DNA of 64,000 nucleotides from Lama guanicoe (lineage: Eukaryota), in NCBI GenBank assembly GCA_013239625.1, contig MU054187.1, forward strand, positions 2,987,757 through 3,051,756, read 5' to 3'. Within the stretch, counting starts at the first letter, position 1. Each line of letters begins with the position of its first letter. The translations under genes and the position numbers were made by a program. The notes under the pieces are model-generated. The model saw nothing but the letters and a program-made list of their open reading frames with translations, was not told where the DNA came from and made no database searches. Positions 13,858 to 27,360 of the stretch are shown one piece after another.

Positions 13858-14252
13858 TGTATTAGTCTGCTCAAGCTGCTGTAACAAAATGCCATAGATG
13901 TCGAGGGTGGCTGCAACATGTATTTCTCACACTTCTGGAGCCTGAGAGGTCTAAGCTCGAGGTGCTGCCTGATTTGCAGCTAGGTGAGGGCTCTCTTCCT
14001 GGCTTGCAGATGGCTGCCTCCCCACTGTGCCTGCACATGCCCTCTCCTCAGTGTGTGTGCACGGAGAAAGGGAGAGGGCGCTCTGGTGTCTCTTCCCATG
14101 AAGACACTAACCCCATCAGACCAGGACCCCCATCCTCACGACCTCACCTAACCCTAATTATCTTCCAAGACCCCGTCTCCAAACATCATCACACTGGGGG
14201 CTCGGGGTGCAACGTACGAATTTTGAGGAGACACAAACCTTCAGGCCATAAC
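13858..14252 (-). mobile_element. MLT1 (MaLR) solo LTR, MLT1A-like
   Basis: 'tgtattagtctgctcaagctgctgtaacaaaatgccataga...tatttctcacacttctggag...ggtgagggctctcttcctggcttgcagatggctgcc...gacactaaccccatc...acctcacctaaccctaatta...gaattttgaggagacacaaaccttcaggccataac'. Confidence 0.85.
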
Positions 14253-14435
14253 TTAGGCCAATCCAAATAAAGTAAGAAACACAGTTAATACAGGGACAGC
14301 TTTAGAATGATTTCCTCCCTGGGGAGGGTCTGTCTCCTGCATAAATCGGCAGGACCTTCAGAGGGAACTGGTACCCACAGAGGCAGACGTGAGAATTTAC
14401 GCTGAGAATCCAGCGCTGAAGGGCTCGTCTTTCTA

Positions 14436-14912
14436 CAGGCAGACCTTGGAGATGCTGTGGGTTTAGTTCCAGACCACCTCAATAAAGCAAATGTCCCAGC
14501 AAAATGAGTCACGTTAATTCTTTGTTTCCCATTGCAAATAAAATTAGGTTTACAATATAGTGTAATCTGGTAAGTGTGCAATAGCATTGTATCTTAAAAA
14601 ACCCAACATACATACCTTAATTAAAAAGTACTTTATTGCTTACAAAAATATGCTAACCATCGTCTGAGCCTTCATAGAGAGGTAGTAATAACATCAAAGA
14701 TCACTGATCACAGATCACCGTCATGAACATAATGAAAATGAAAAAGCTTGAAATATCATGAGAATTATCAAAATGCAACACAGAGACACAAAGTGAGCAA
14801 ATGCTATTGGAAAAACAGTGTTGACAGACACTCATCGCAGATCGCCACAAAACTCCAATTTGTAAAAAAACAAAGCACAATAAAGCAGAGCCCGGTGGAA
14901 TGAGGAGGTGTT
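14436..14912. mobile_element. Internally deleted Tigger1 (TcMar) DNA transposon
   Basis: A TA followed by 'caggcagaccttggagatgctgtgggtttagttccagaccacctcaataaagcaaat' (one Tigger1 end) is joined to 'aacatcaaagatcactgatcacagatcacc...cacagagacacaaagtgagcaaatgctattggaaaa...atttgtaaaaaaacaaagcacaataaagc' (the other end). Confidence 0.85.
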
Positions 14913-15329
14913 TCCAGGAGCACTTGCTCCGTGTCCGAGCCTGAGTACTTCCTCCTCAGCTGTTCTCTTTGCTCTGACGTGTCCCTCTCCTGACGGTGCT
15001 CCGGGAGGTGTACAAACCAGCAAGGAAGCCTGTATCTCAAGAACCATCTCATTTATAGGAAACATAAAGCAGGGATTTTCTTTTGTCCTGAAATATCCAA
15101 ATAATCCATCCACAAAAAATGAAAGAGTAAATCCCCTGCCCAGAGTCTTTGCTTTGCTCTTATCTTCCACTGTCCTTCTCAGTCACCTCGTCCTGGCAGA
15201 GCTGGCTCAAAGTCAGAAGCCAGTCAGTGTTTGGATGACACGCAGGAGGAAAAGGAAGGGAAGGAGCGTTTTCCAAGCATCCGCCCACCAGATAGCACAT
15301 CAGACGCTTCACACAGTGTGCATTTAAAA

Positions 15330-15470
15330 ACCACAAAGGCCCTGCCGAGAGGGTACTAGTAACTTTACTGTATGAGTGAGGAAACTGAGGCTCAGAGAGC
15401 ATTCAGTCATTTGCCAGGACTCTCTCACTGGTAAGTCAAGGAGCCAGCGGAGAACCCAGGGTCCCATGGG
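15330..15470 (-). mobile_element. MIR SINE fragment
   Basis: 'tgaggaaactgaggctcagagag...catttgccaggactctctcactggtaagt...agaacccagg'. Confidence 0.65.
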
Positions 15471-18400
15471 TGCTTCCCTGGCTGCTCCCCATGAATCTGT
15501 ATCACTGCAACCTGCAGGACTTCAGTCCCTTAAAATAGGTTGGAATCGCTTAAGAAGCCTCAGCAAGGCTTTAAAATTCCTCCTAGGTCAGAATGCCAAA
15601 AGACTGCTTACTAAGTCTCCTTCCCGAGAGAGAGGAGGAGTAGGGTTGCTGTGGAGCCCCATCAGGGTGTCGCCAACACTCAGGCGCACGCTGCGGCTCC
15701 TCCGGGGACCCCCGGGTTCTCCAGCTGAGGACCACGCCCCCTTCTCTGGCGTGGTGCTTCTGCGTGTGCAGCTGGCATTCCGCTGCCCTGCTGGCTCCCC
15801 GACCCACCATTCCTGAATCACGTTTTCCAAGGAAGGTACGTATTATTGGCTGGACTTTGAACAGCTACTTCCGTATCCCTCAGTCAGCACCGCCATTCAC
15901 CTCCCTAATGAGCCCAAGTGATACTTTTAAAGAGCCAAATGTTTATTCCTGCAGCAGAATTTTATACCAAACAATCAATTCTTTAAAAAAAAATGAAGTC
16001 CTTCACAAGAATCCTAAATCTTACCCTTCTATATTCTCACGGCACCAAAATAAAACTGGGACCAAAAAGCAGGTTTTCAATGGGTGTCCACTGCATGTGT
16101 GATTTGGGGAAAGTCTTAGATGGCAACCAATCGTTATTTTTCCAGCGTGCAGGATGGAAACTAGAAACAGCAAATTAGCTCCCGCACAGGTGCAAGCAGG
16201 GCGGAGGGGTGGCGATGAAGTGGGGTTAGTCCTTACAGTCAGGGAGCGTATCTGCTAACGGCCTCTTAGACTCTCATTGGGCTGTCATTAAAGCAAGCCT
16301 GCTTTCATTTTCCCGCACACACGGGGCTTTGGCGAAGGATAATGGTGTCAGTCGCCTTGTGATGAAGCTTTACCAGGAAGTCGGCTTTTATTTTTTTCCA
16401 GTATTAATCTCCGTGTTACTTCCTTTTTTTTTTCAAATAAATGCCAATTTGATTTCCCAGATTTCTTCATGTGAAATTATAAAGGTACCACAATTATTTA
16501 TGAAGAATGTCAAAACAATACATGGATAACATTGTAGAGTTAACATGTAATCTGTTCACGGGTGATACTGAGCACTTTGCTAGAACGGCGTGTTGGTAAA
16601 GAACCAATGACTTGAGCTGTGAGCGTGTTGTCTCTGCACTTGTGACATGTTCCAGCCAGTTCGTACTCTGCTCTTTAACCTGAGACCTGTCCTTCCCTCT
16701 GAGAGCTAATTGTCCATGCAGCCTTTCAGAGGATGACACGAGAGAGTGATGGTCATATGTGGACATACTTCTTTTTCTCCAAAGAAATTTTTACTAGCTC
16801 TACTGGAGAATCATAGCAATGCATTAAATCAATAACAGTAAAAGCTGACATGGACATTTCATTGGAAAGCCTTTCCTCCTCCTCCGTCCGTGAATTCCCA
16901 GCTGTGTGCTTTGAGTGGGGCTACGCTCATGCCCCACTGAGAAGTGAGCCTGACTCAGTCCCGTCTCTGTGGTCCATCCCTCTGGGATTTGTTATGAATG
17001 AGCTCATGTTACCGTTTGGGCCAGTAAGACTGAGAAGCACACTTGGGGGCCTCTGAAAAAGAAGCCGGCTCTTTCTTCTTCGGGGCCTACTAGGAGCTAG
17101 TTTCTTTCTCTGGATAATGTGCTGTGGATTTGAGGTCTGAACCACCGCCGCTGCGATGCCTCCGGGACAGGGGTAGGAGGGCCTCGAGATGATGGTGACA
17201 CCCGGAGGAAGCCCCAGCTGAACAACTTGGAAACCCCTGGACTAAGCCTCTCCTGAAGCCAGATCTACTATCATTTGTTCACATCAGTCAATATATTACC
17301 AGGTTCACTCAAACCAGTTTGCAACATGTTTTCTATTTCCTGTCAGCAAAGCAGGCTGATAAATGCAGCCTTCTGGATATCTGAGAAAGAGTCACACGGC
17401 GACTTTCTGTCGGTGGTAGTCTTTCTAGTGCCCTTTGTTTGTCTTTGGATCTTTCACATGTCAGAAAGGCCTTAGCTCTTTATCTGAAATTTCAAAGGTA
17501 ATTTAGCCAAGATGGGGATTTCCTCATCTGTCTCTTTAAGGAACTTGAGAGTCAGTCAGTCAACAAGTATATGGCGAACACAGACTGTGTGACCACTGCC
17601 CTTTCTTCTAAAAGAGCACCTCCATTTCCATCTGTCTCTGTTATTTGATGTCCGCATGGTACTTGTTTTGACTGAACAGTTGCATGGTTAAATAAATGCA
17701 CGACTACTAACTTAGTCTAAGCGCCTCATCTTAAACATCACAAAATTGAGCCTGAAGGAGAAGTGAGGTGATCTGTCCGAGGTCTAAAGGTAAATCTCAG
17801 GGGTAGAAAAAAAATTCCTGGTTTCCTGACGCATGGCTCAGCGGTCTTTCCTTACTGCTTCCTCATGTTGATTGTCACTGCCTCTGGCAATAATTACGAT
17901 TTTATTGTTTTTTTTTCCCAGGCTTTAATTATCCAAGTCAATTTGGTCTGTAAAAATTGAATCAGAAAGCTAACAAGAGCTGACTCTCCTGTGAAATTTC
18001 CAGCACCTCCTATTTTCAGACAGGCTAGAAATACCCTGTGAACAGCCTTTCTCATAAGAGTTGGCATCTGCCTCTTGCTGTGATCAGAAATAAAAAGTGT
18101 AGAGGTTGGAGAAAATTAACTAGAAAAACATACCTGCACTTCCAGCGTCAGCCCAGACACTAGCATCACCCAGACTCTCTTGATTTTTCCCTCCAGACCG
18201 AACGTTTGTCCCGGCCGGTCCTGTTTTCACACCAGTCATTTGCTTGATACAAAGTCTATACGTCATGATAACACTAATTTCAAAATTGAGGTGAACAATT
18301 TTTGTTTTCAAAAATCAGATCCAGGAATGATTATCGATTGACCGTCTCCCCTAGGCGGTCCGCTTTCTCCCAGGACAAAACCACAGGGTCTCCCGGACAC

Positions 18401-21400
18401 TCATCTTGGTTTCTTTGTGTCCTAGTAAGTGATAACTCAGGTGATCGCCGAGAGGAGCCAGGGGACAGAGAATGACATTGTGATGCTGCTTCAGACGTGT
18501 GTTTCCTTCTGTGCTGCTGCTGTAGGGCCTGGAATGGATTTGCGCTCCAATGCCCGGAGTTCAGTCTGCTTGCTTTGTACCCGCACTCACTATACTAAAC
18601 CACCTTGTTGTGGCCAGCTGCGTGCTCTGTTTAATTACTGTGCTTTTCGTTAATTGTGTGTAATATTAATTCTCTCTGATACCACACTTGGTCTTCATGT
18701 GTAAGTGAGCCCTGTCTCGTCTATCTGTCTCCCTCACTAATGAAGACCCCTTCCCCGTAGTGGCCGTGCTGCTTGCTGGGGAGAGCGGACGGCCCTACCG
18801 CACCTGTCTGGCTGGCTGGCCCGCCCACCTGCGTGGGCCAGCGACTGGGGAACAGGTTTTAGACTTAAACCCCACTCAAACGTGCTGTTCTTATTTTGAC
18901 CAAGCTGTGAGGGTGGCAACTGTAATGTTAGAGATTGTCCTTGGGGATTATCATTCCAGCCCTTCAAGAAGGGGGGTGACTCCAAGTTGCTTATATGAAT
19001 GAAGTGTAAGGAGCATGAAAAAGGAATGGGTGACTGGAAAGGACTTGCTTGAAGAGGGCGCAGGAGGCCCAGACGGAAGAACGGGGTGTTCGCCCTTATC
19101 AGAGAGGAAGGATATTTCTCTTTCTGTTTCTAAACTTCCTAACACTTCATACGGACACTGAATGCAGGAGATTCTGGATGGGTAGGAGAGGGGATGGATA
19201 CTCACATGCGTGTGTACATGTTTAACGAGGAAACTTCATTGGGAAATAAATCACCCCCAAAAGTTCATCCAAGTCAGGAAACAAATAACCAGGAAATTTT
19301 AAAATTCACTTGGGTAGACAGATCTATAGAGGAATAAAAATTTATTTTTATCCTGGCAAGTATTTATTGAGTTACTTCTAACAGTTTTGATCCTGGCTCC
19401 TTCATCCATCATTGCTCTACAAGGAAGTTGTTGCCAGTTGTCTGTAGCGTTTAGATAATGGGGAACATGCTGCAGAGTACTGGGTTTTGTTCACTTGAAT
19501 TTGCTCCAATGATACACATTTCAATAGATCCACTTTGGGTTTATCACAGTTGTTAGTATATAATAAAAAGTGAACACCACTCAAGGCTTCTTAACCAAGA
19601 AGGAAGGTCACTAATCGGTCCCGCGGCGTGGGCAACTTCAGTGATTCTTCACAGTGTGTTTCCAGGACAGCAAGCTAAGTGGTGCGTCTGAGTTTTCTGT
19701 TTTTAAAATCCTCATGATACAAGTTCATTTCACTCATTGGTTTCACCTGAATAATTTACCTACTGGAAAAGCCCAGCCATAGGTAAATATCATTTTAAGA
19801 GTTGACGTGCCATTGGCGGCCAAGAGCAAGAAATCCTATGACACCCCAGGGGACTCCGGCTCATGGCTGGCTGCGTGGTCATCCAGCCAGTGTTTCTGAG
19901 TGAAGATCGTTGTCCTCTTTTCCAGTCCTTGTCTCTTACAAGCCTTTATACTTATAGTTTCTACACAACTGGGAACAACCATCCCTAAGAATGACTTGGT
20001 AAGAGCATTTGGTACACCAGGCGACTCCAGGGCTTCAGCTAATTTTGTTGATCAGCAGGGTTACTTTCCAGGTTCAAGGGCAACACAAGATTTGGCAGCC
20101 TAGCACCTACCTTAATGTCACTCTGTTGATCCTAATACCACAGCAGTGGCAGATCTCGACTTCTTCCCCCCAACCCTGGTCGATCCTCTTCCTCCCCATA
20201 AAGCATCTCTCATACCTACACTCACCACCTGTGAAGAAAGCTGTAGACTCCTCCTTTTCTTGATTCAGAGAAGTCAGTTGACTTCCCCAAGTTCCGAAAG
20301 CAGGAAACCTCGTTTTACCTTTTGAAGAACAAAGTCTGACTGAACTTCATGCCCTTGGACTCAATGACACCAGGGCTCAGCCAGAACCAGACAGCTGTGA
20401 GTGAAGCGTGTGCTATGGTTTATAACTTGCCTGTTCAAAAACACGCTTGTGTTGAATATACGATGTGATGTTTGCGCAGTAATTAACTCCAGGGCTTTCA
20501 AGTTCTTGGGAGGCCCTGATGGTTGGGCAGTCCACACAGCACCCATTATGTACCCTACCATGCTTAGCTCAGCCAAATGTCTCGTTGGAACCTGCCTTCT
20601 GAGAGCCATTTTGTGAGAGACCACAATTCTCTCTGTTCTTGTTCCTGTGTGAATCCGGGAATGGGACCCAACCTTTGTAAATTTAGAAAATAAAAACTGC
20701 GTGTGAGTGGAGAAATTATTTGCTAGGCTTTTTTATGCTCTTTAATTTAATTATTCACATTAATCCTCTGTACGTTTCTAATATATATTTATGTAATTTC
20801 TTAGGATTTTCCCATTGTCCAAAATAATATCTATATATTTTGGTGGATGCCTTACTGACTAATGTCTTTATTATCAACTTTTAAAAATTGTCATGACTCA
20901 GTTTAATTCAACTGAGTTCAAATTCTCCTGAGACTGTTTATGTAGAAGACTATCACATCTTTATTCTTCCTGACACGTGGTTTATTAAATTTCTCCAGTT
21001 TATCTGTAACATGCGCTAGAGCATTTTGGAAGCAGCAGGACCATTAATTCTGGCTATGGTAATACTGGCTGAGTGTTGCTGGGTGGTTTTGTTTATTTGT
21101 TTGTTTGTTTTGATTTGTTTTTTGGTTTTTAGTTAGGTTTTTTTTTTTGAAAGTGCTGTATAAGGGTGAGAGAAAAGAGAACTGCTCCAGGATTGCCCAT
21201 TTTAATTTTTATGTTTAGTCATATCTTTTTTATTAGAATCATTAACAGTAATTTAAATCTACATCTAATTTATGAAGAAGTTAAGTTGAAATGTAAGGCC
21301 ACTGGGTTTTTCAATTACTTCCAGTTTATTAGACAAACAATAGGGAGTTTCCACGTCCGCTGCCTTCCCACCCTCGCATTTTCTGAGGCATGAGTGAATC

Positions 21401-24400
21401 ACCCCCGTCTGCCGGAGCGCTCTTTCTCAAGGAACTTGGAAACTTAATTAGAAAAAGGGAGTTTGGCAACCACTGGAGCAGGGCCCGGCCTTCTCTGACT
21501 TCAAGGAGCTCCCGCCACAGAAGCAGTTCAGGAGAGGCCAGGGGAGGGGAGCCCGGCGTCTCTGGGCAGTTTTGGGGTCTGCTGGCTCTGCCCTCTGAGA
21601 ATGAGGGGGGCCCGGGGACCCAGACCAGAGGAGGGTTAGGGGTGGTGGGCGCCAAGTGCTGTGGGGTAGATCTTACTCATATCAATACCAGAAACATTTA
21701 TATGACAACAATTACGATTCCAAAGCACCCGTTTTTCACTAGCCATCTTGAATATATTCCACTTGGATTCATGGTTTTGAAAATCCTCCCGTCCTCATGT
21801 GCTGTGTCTTCTTGTGAAGGATTGTTGCGCAGAGTTCAGTAAACGTGCCACGCTGTCTCATGCCAATTTATTCTCGGAAATTCTTCTTGCTCTGCACGGA
21901 GCGCACTCCCCTCTCTGCTTGTCTGGTAAATTCCTGGAGGTTCTTCAGGGACCCTGCCCCCCGTCACCTCCTCTGCAAAGCCGCCCGGGTTCCAGAGGGT
22001 TGACTGTTCGCAGCTCGGAGCCCGCGCTCCGTGGTGCACGTGCCGCTGCTACGCGTCTCCCGCTCTGCTGCCGGCATCTCCGTCTGTTTGCCCCGCTGCA
22101 CTGCAGCGCTCTCACGGGACGAGCCCGCCTTCTCCGCGTCTGTCCTCCTCCGCCAGGTGCGCGCCTCCCGGCGTGTGCAGAGTCACCGCCCGCAGCTGCT
22201 GGTACTGTCTCTAAGGCGCACGCCGTGCCACAGCCATCACGTGAAGAAAATACAGGATCTCCGACTTTCCTTCAGGTGAGAAAACTGAATCTCGGAATGT
22301 TGCTCAGAGAAGCAATCTTCGTAAGCACCAAGGATTCCAGTCCAGAATGCTGTCACGGCCAAAGGGACTTCGAAGTCCAGGCTCCCTGAGGCACCACTGT
22401 GCTCGCTTCCTGCAGACGCACACACCAACCACCATTTCAGACACTTGGAAAGTGTTCTACCAAAGCCTGTTCAACCAGTGAAGCAATCGACTTTAAAAAT
22501 TCACACCTCCCTTGGTACTGGTGGTCTGTGTTAATGTGCGTGACGATCGGCTCGTGGTCAGTAAGAGGCGCTCGTCTCCAGACGTAAGGGACGCTGGAAG
22601 GCAGGGCTACTGCACGTCACCCCCCGGAGTAGATGCTGCGTGACTGTGAAGCGTGGGGTCCACACAATATGGTGCACCTCCATTATGGTCACATCAACAG
22701 ACCACGACCCACAGGGTCAGAGCACATGTCCAAGGTAACCAGCTAACAAGTGGCAGAGAGGGGACCCGTTAAAAGAGGCGTTCAGCCTGGACTTCACGGT
22801 GTGGCCCTGCCACGTGGAGCTGACGGCCGCTGTGGCTACTGCTCGTTCCCTCTGCCCTTCACCACCAGGGGCTCCTTATCGCTGTTAGCAGCCATGTTTC
22901 TGCATTCTCTGCTTCGTTAGATAGGACCACTTATTGATAACCCGTATCCCCCTTTGTTGTAAGTCATTGGGGTTCATCTTGTTGGGCCTTTTGTATGACA
23001 TTTTGATGCTGAGTGTGGGGATTGAGGGGTGAGACATCTAGTGGAACCTCTCTTGGTTCCAAAGTGTGAAATTAGCCCAGATCCATTGCCAGCATAACTG
23101 GGCTCTGGGCGTGTGTTGATGAGAACTCAGGAGAATATGGAGTGCGACTTGGCCCCAAAGCAGGCTTGGTGGTAAAAGTTACACTTGTGATTCCTCCTCA
23201 TAGTGCCCGGGCTCTGGTTGTGGGGGGTGGTGGTGGGAGGCCACTGCAGGGAAGGCAGAGAAAGGGTTAACCTGGGGAAGGATTTGGTCATACTGCGGTG
23301 GGAGAAAGTCTGGCATATAAGCCTTGGCCAAAACATTGACTTGAGTGAGGTCAAAGACCTTCCAAGTCTTGCCCCTGTGATGTTGGCTACAAGAATCACA
23401 TCACAGGAACCTCCTATGGTTCTGCGACCCAGAATGTGGATCCACTTCTTTCTCTCCCAATCAGGATGCAACCGTCACAGAAAGGAGGATCGAAGTACAA
23501 ACAGCACTTAGAACCCAGCCTTCCCGGCTCCCGGCACAGGGACCTTCAGTCTCACCACACAGCTTCTTACTTAGGAGACTTGAGCTTCTGTATTTTCAGA
23601 GCAATGCGGAAGAGTTATAGACATCAAAACGCAGGAAGAGAATTTTAAGGAGATGATTTTGTTGAATTTGAATTCAGCTGATCTCTATTTTTGTATCAGA
23701 GTTAGAGTCAACGTAATGGCTTACTTTAAAGTCAGTACTCTCTTTTTGACGTAAAAACCATTGTTACTTCTTTATTAAAATTCCACCTTTGTGTTTTTAT
23801 TAAAAATGTTCTTATTTATATTAACGATAATGTTAATTTCCAATTTCTTACTTTTGTATTTGAATAACTTTTCTACAATAGAAAATATTGTTGGAGTTCA
23901 GAGATCATTTTACCGGGCATCCAGGACAATGAGAAGACAAAGTTTCAGAACAAATTATTATTCCCACTGAACTGGGTAAACAGCATTGCAGATAGCTTCA
24001 CTGGATTATCTGGAGGTGCAAAAAGGAAAAAAACCCAGAAAGGCAGAGATAAAGGGAGAAGGGGAGGGAAGACATATTAAAAGCACATGAACAAGGTCTA
24101 TAAATGTACAAAAGAAGGACTGTAATGTTTCCCCTCAGTTTTTCATCAAACTCTATCACGTTACTTTTTTATATAAAATTTCTTCCAATAAGAATGTGAT
24201 TTCATATCCTTCTATAAAATACAAGTAGGAATTACTTCATGTGAAAATATTTTCCTAACATTAAAAGGATCTAGAAAACAGATTGAAAAGGTCTGTTATT
24301 GGAGGAAGTAAAGACACTGTATCACTAACGTGGTCGGCTGTGACAGTGTCGTTCAGCTGTAAGACTATGTAACAAGGAAGCCGCTTGATTTGCAGTTCGT

Positions 24401-24786
24401 TTGTGTGACCTCTGATGTGAGTACAGTTATGTCAAACTGCAACATGCACATGTGCACGTGCACACACATGCATACAAGCGCCCACTCGCATCCCTCCGTT
24501 TATGAAAATAATGGTTTTCCTGTGGTCTTTACTGTGTTTCTTCCTTCTTCTTCCCAGTTTGTCTTTTCCTTTCCTTTTCAAACATGCAAAAACATGTTTG
24601 CTCAAAAGTGCATCAAAGAAACAACAGTGGGGGGAAGTAAACACAAGAGGCTAAAAGAGAACTAACTCCAGGTTCTGACACGTCACCAAAAGGGTGGGAT
24701 GAAAATAAATCCACACTGAGCTCAAATGAGCGGGCAGTCATTTGATTGCATCATTATGGCCCCTCCCTGCATATTTCTGGTAGACG

Positions 24787-25226
24787 TGTAGGTTACTCTC
24801 CCAGGACTGCCGTAACAATTTACTACAAACTGGGTGGCTTGATTTGATGGAAATCAATTCTCCTGCAGTTCTGGAGGACAGAAGTCTGAAATCAAGGTGT
24901 TGGCCAGGCTCTGCCCTCTCAGAAGGCTTAAGGGAGAAGCCTTTCTTCTCTTCAGGCTTCTGGTGGCTCCTAGAAATCCTTGGCTTGTGGCCACATCACT
25001 CGAACCTCTGCCTTTGCCGTAAGATTGCCTTCTCCTCTGTCTCTGTGCATCCCCTTCTGTCTCTCATAGGGACTCTGGTTGGATTTAGAGCCCACCTTAC
25101 TCAGGGAGGATTTAATCCCAATCTTCACCTTAATTGCATCTACAAAGACCCTATTTCCAAATAAGGTCACATTATGAGGTTCAGAGTGGATGTGAATTTG
25201 AGGGGACGCTATTCAAGCCACAACAA
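24787..25226 (-). mobile_element. MLT1B/C-like (MaLR) solo LTR
   Basis: 'ggactgccgtaacaatttactacaaactgggtggctt...cagttctggaggacagaagtctgaaatcaaggtgttggc...ccttggcttgtggccacatcactc...acaaagaccctatttccaaataaggtcacatt...gggacgctattcaagccacaaca'. Confidence 0.85.
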
Positions 25227-25251
25227 TGTGTGTGTGTGTGTGTGTGTGTGT
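25227..25251. repeat. (TG)n microsatellite
   Basis: About 12 perfect TG units. Confidence 0.95.
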
Positions 25252-26049
25252 ATAAATGCCCCTAAAAGCATTGCTGATGATGGATCCTGTGTACAGGAGC
25301 GGCATGGTGCCCATTGCTGTTCCTTCAGGCCCAGCCTTCCCACTGGGCTTCCCCTCCTCAGTCTGTCCACTGCCAGCCGACCTGAGCCTTGGGGTCAGTC
25401 ACCTGGCAACCTGTGCTGGGCTTTGTTCCCACCCAGTGGCCTCTGCCATGTCCATCCTGTGTTCTGCCCTCCAGGTGCATGTGCACACCTGGAGTAAGGG
25501 ACTCCTGATTGGTACCACTCCCTCGCCTTGCAAAGGAGCATTGATCCAGCAGCAGCGGGGCGAAGTTCTGCCTGAGGTGCGTCGTGTCTGGCTGGGCCTC
25601 TGCTCCCGGGCTTGTCCTGGACTGGCTGTGCGGCCGTGTGCTGGCTCACTCCTTTTACCTCATTTTGTGCAGTCTTGCAAGTCCATCTCTTTATTATGAC
25701 TTGTTTGTTCTTTCTACTTCTCCTCCCAGTCCTCTTCCAGATTCCAACGGCTCCCTCGCAAAAATTTGCCTCACTTCTTCCTGACTTCCTCTTCCTTGCC
25801 TTATACGAATTTTTTTTTATTAACCTCTATCTCCCCAAAGCTGAAAAGTTAAAAATGCTAGTGATATATCTGCATCAAAGAAAAGGAAGACTCTAAATTG
25901 TGAAGTAAAATTAGAATGAAGGACACTTACCATCAGTTTCTAATGTTCTTGAAGGTGGGAGGGTCTCCTTCAATATCTTTGTAAAACTCTCATATTTTTT
26001 CTTCTAAGTTGTCACATTTCTTTTCATAGAGTTGTTCATGGTGTATCCC

Positions 26050-26570
26050 CTTACGACCCATGCACGCTGTGTTCAGTTCTGTGGGGTTTATCACCGGTGC
26101 AGGTTCGTGTAGTCCCCTCCGTGGTCAAGACACAGAACAGTCCAATCACCACCAGATCTTTTTATAGCCCCCACCTCCATCCTTAACCCCTGGCAGCCAC
26201 TCCCCTGTCCTCTGTTTCTGTATTTTTGTCATTCGAAGAATGCCGCATAAAGGGAATCCCACAGTCTGCACGCTCCTGGGTTTGGCTTTTTCACTCAGAG
26301 TTGATTCTCTGCAGATTCGCCCACGTTGGTGCCCGTATCACTATCGGAGTGTTGCGGTTGCCGAGCGGCACTCCACGGTGGGGATGCGCGCTGGTTCCGC
26401 CAGCCCTCCACCCAGCTGAAAGACGTCTGCATTGTTTCCAGTTTGAGGCCACTATGAATAACGCGTCCATGAAGATTCTTTTGTGGGAATATAAATTTTC
26501 ACTTCTCTGGGATGAGTGCCCGGGACTACAATTGCTGGACCATATGGTCGTTACGTATCTTACTATCCTT
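26050..26570 (-). mobile_element. L1M (L1MB/MC-like) 3' fragment, GC-shifted
   Basis: 'tcaagacacagaacagtcc...taacccctggcagccact...ttttgtcattcgaagaatg...tggctttttcactcag...ttgtttccagtttgaggccactatgaataacgc...attgctggaccatatggt'. Confidence 0.75.
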
Positions 26571-26719
26571 TAACGTCTCTGGAATTTGAAGTGATGTTCC
26601 CTGTTTCACGCCTGATAGTGATAGCTTTTTGTTCTCCCTTTTTATTGACCAGTCTTGTTTTTAACTCTATTGATCTTATTCATATTTCAAAGTATGATTT
26701 TTTCCGTTTTTCAAGAAGC

Positions 26720-27360
26720 TAAATTTTAGCATAGTTTCGGATTCACAGAAAAGTTACAAAGATGGCACTGAGAGCCCCATCCTACCATTTCCCTTATTAC
26801 TAACATCTTACACTAGTGGACTTACGTTTGTCACAACCAAGAAACCAGCACTGAGGTATTACTACCAATCAGATTCTGGATTTTATTCCAGTTACGCTGG
26901 TGTAGCCATTAGTGTCTATTCCAGGATCTCATCCAGCATTTCACATCACACTTACCCATCATGTTTCCTTGGTCCCCTCTTCGCTGTGGCAGGTTCTCAG
27001 ACTCTGCTTGCTTTTGATGACCTGGACAGTTCAGGGGAGAACTGGTCAGGTGTTTTGTAGAATCCCTTCCTTTGGGATTTTCCTGATGTTTTCCTCATAG
27101 GAAACCTCGCAGGCGTTTGGGAAGATCACAGACAAGAAGGGTCCCCATCACCCCATCAGGAGTACCTGCTGTCGACGTGACTGAGCGTCACCGCCGCTGA
27201 CCGAGGCCACCCCGCCCACAGAATGTCTCCAGGTCCCCTTTCCTTTCCATACGCTGTCATTTGACAGCAAGTCCCTAAGTGCAGGTCACACTCAGGGGGA
27301 GGGTGTGGGGAGGGGTTAAAGTCCTTCTTCTGAAGGGGCTCATATGCTTTTAAATTCTCC
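26720..27360 (-). mobile_element. L1MC-like 3'UTR fragment
   Basis: 'ggattcacagaaaagttacaaagatggcactgagag...tttcccttattactaacatcttacact...atttcacatcacactta...ttttgatgacctggacagtt...actggtcaggtgttttgtagaat'. Confidence 0.65.

Noticed and set aside
21799..22389. 196-aa ORF
   Set aside because: Explained by local GC richness; no protein family signature.
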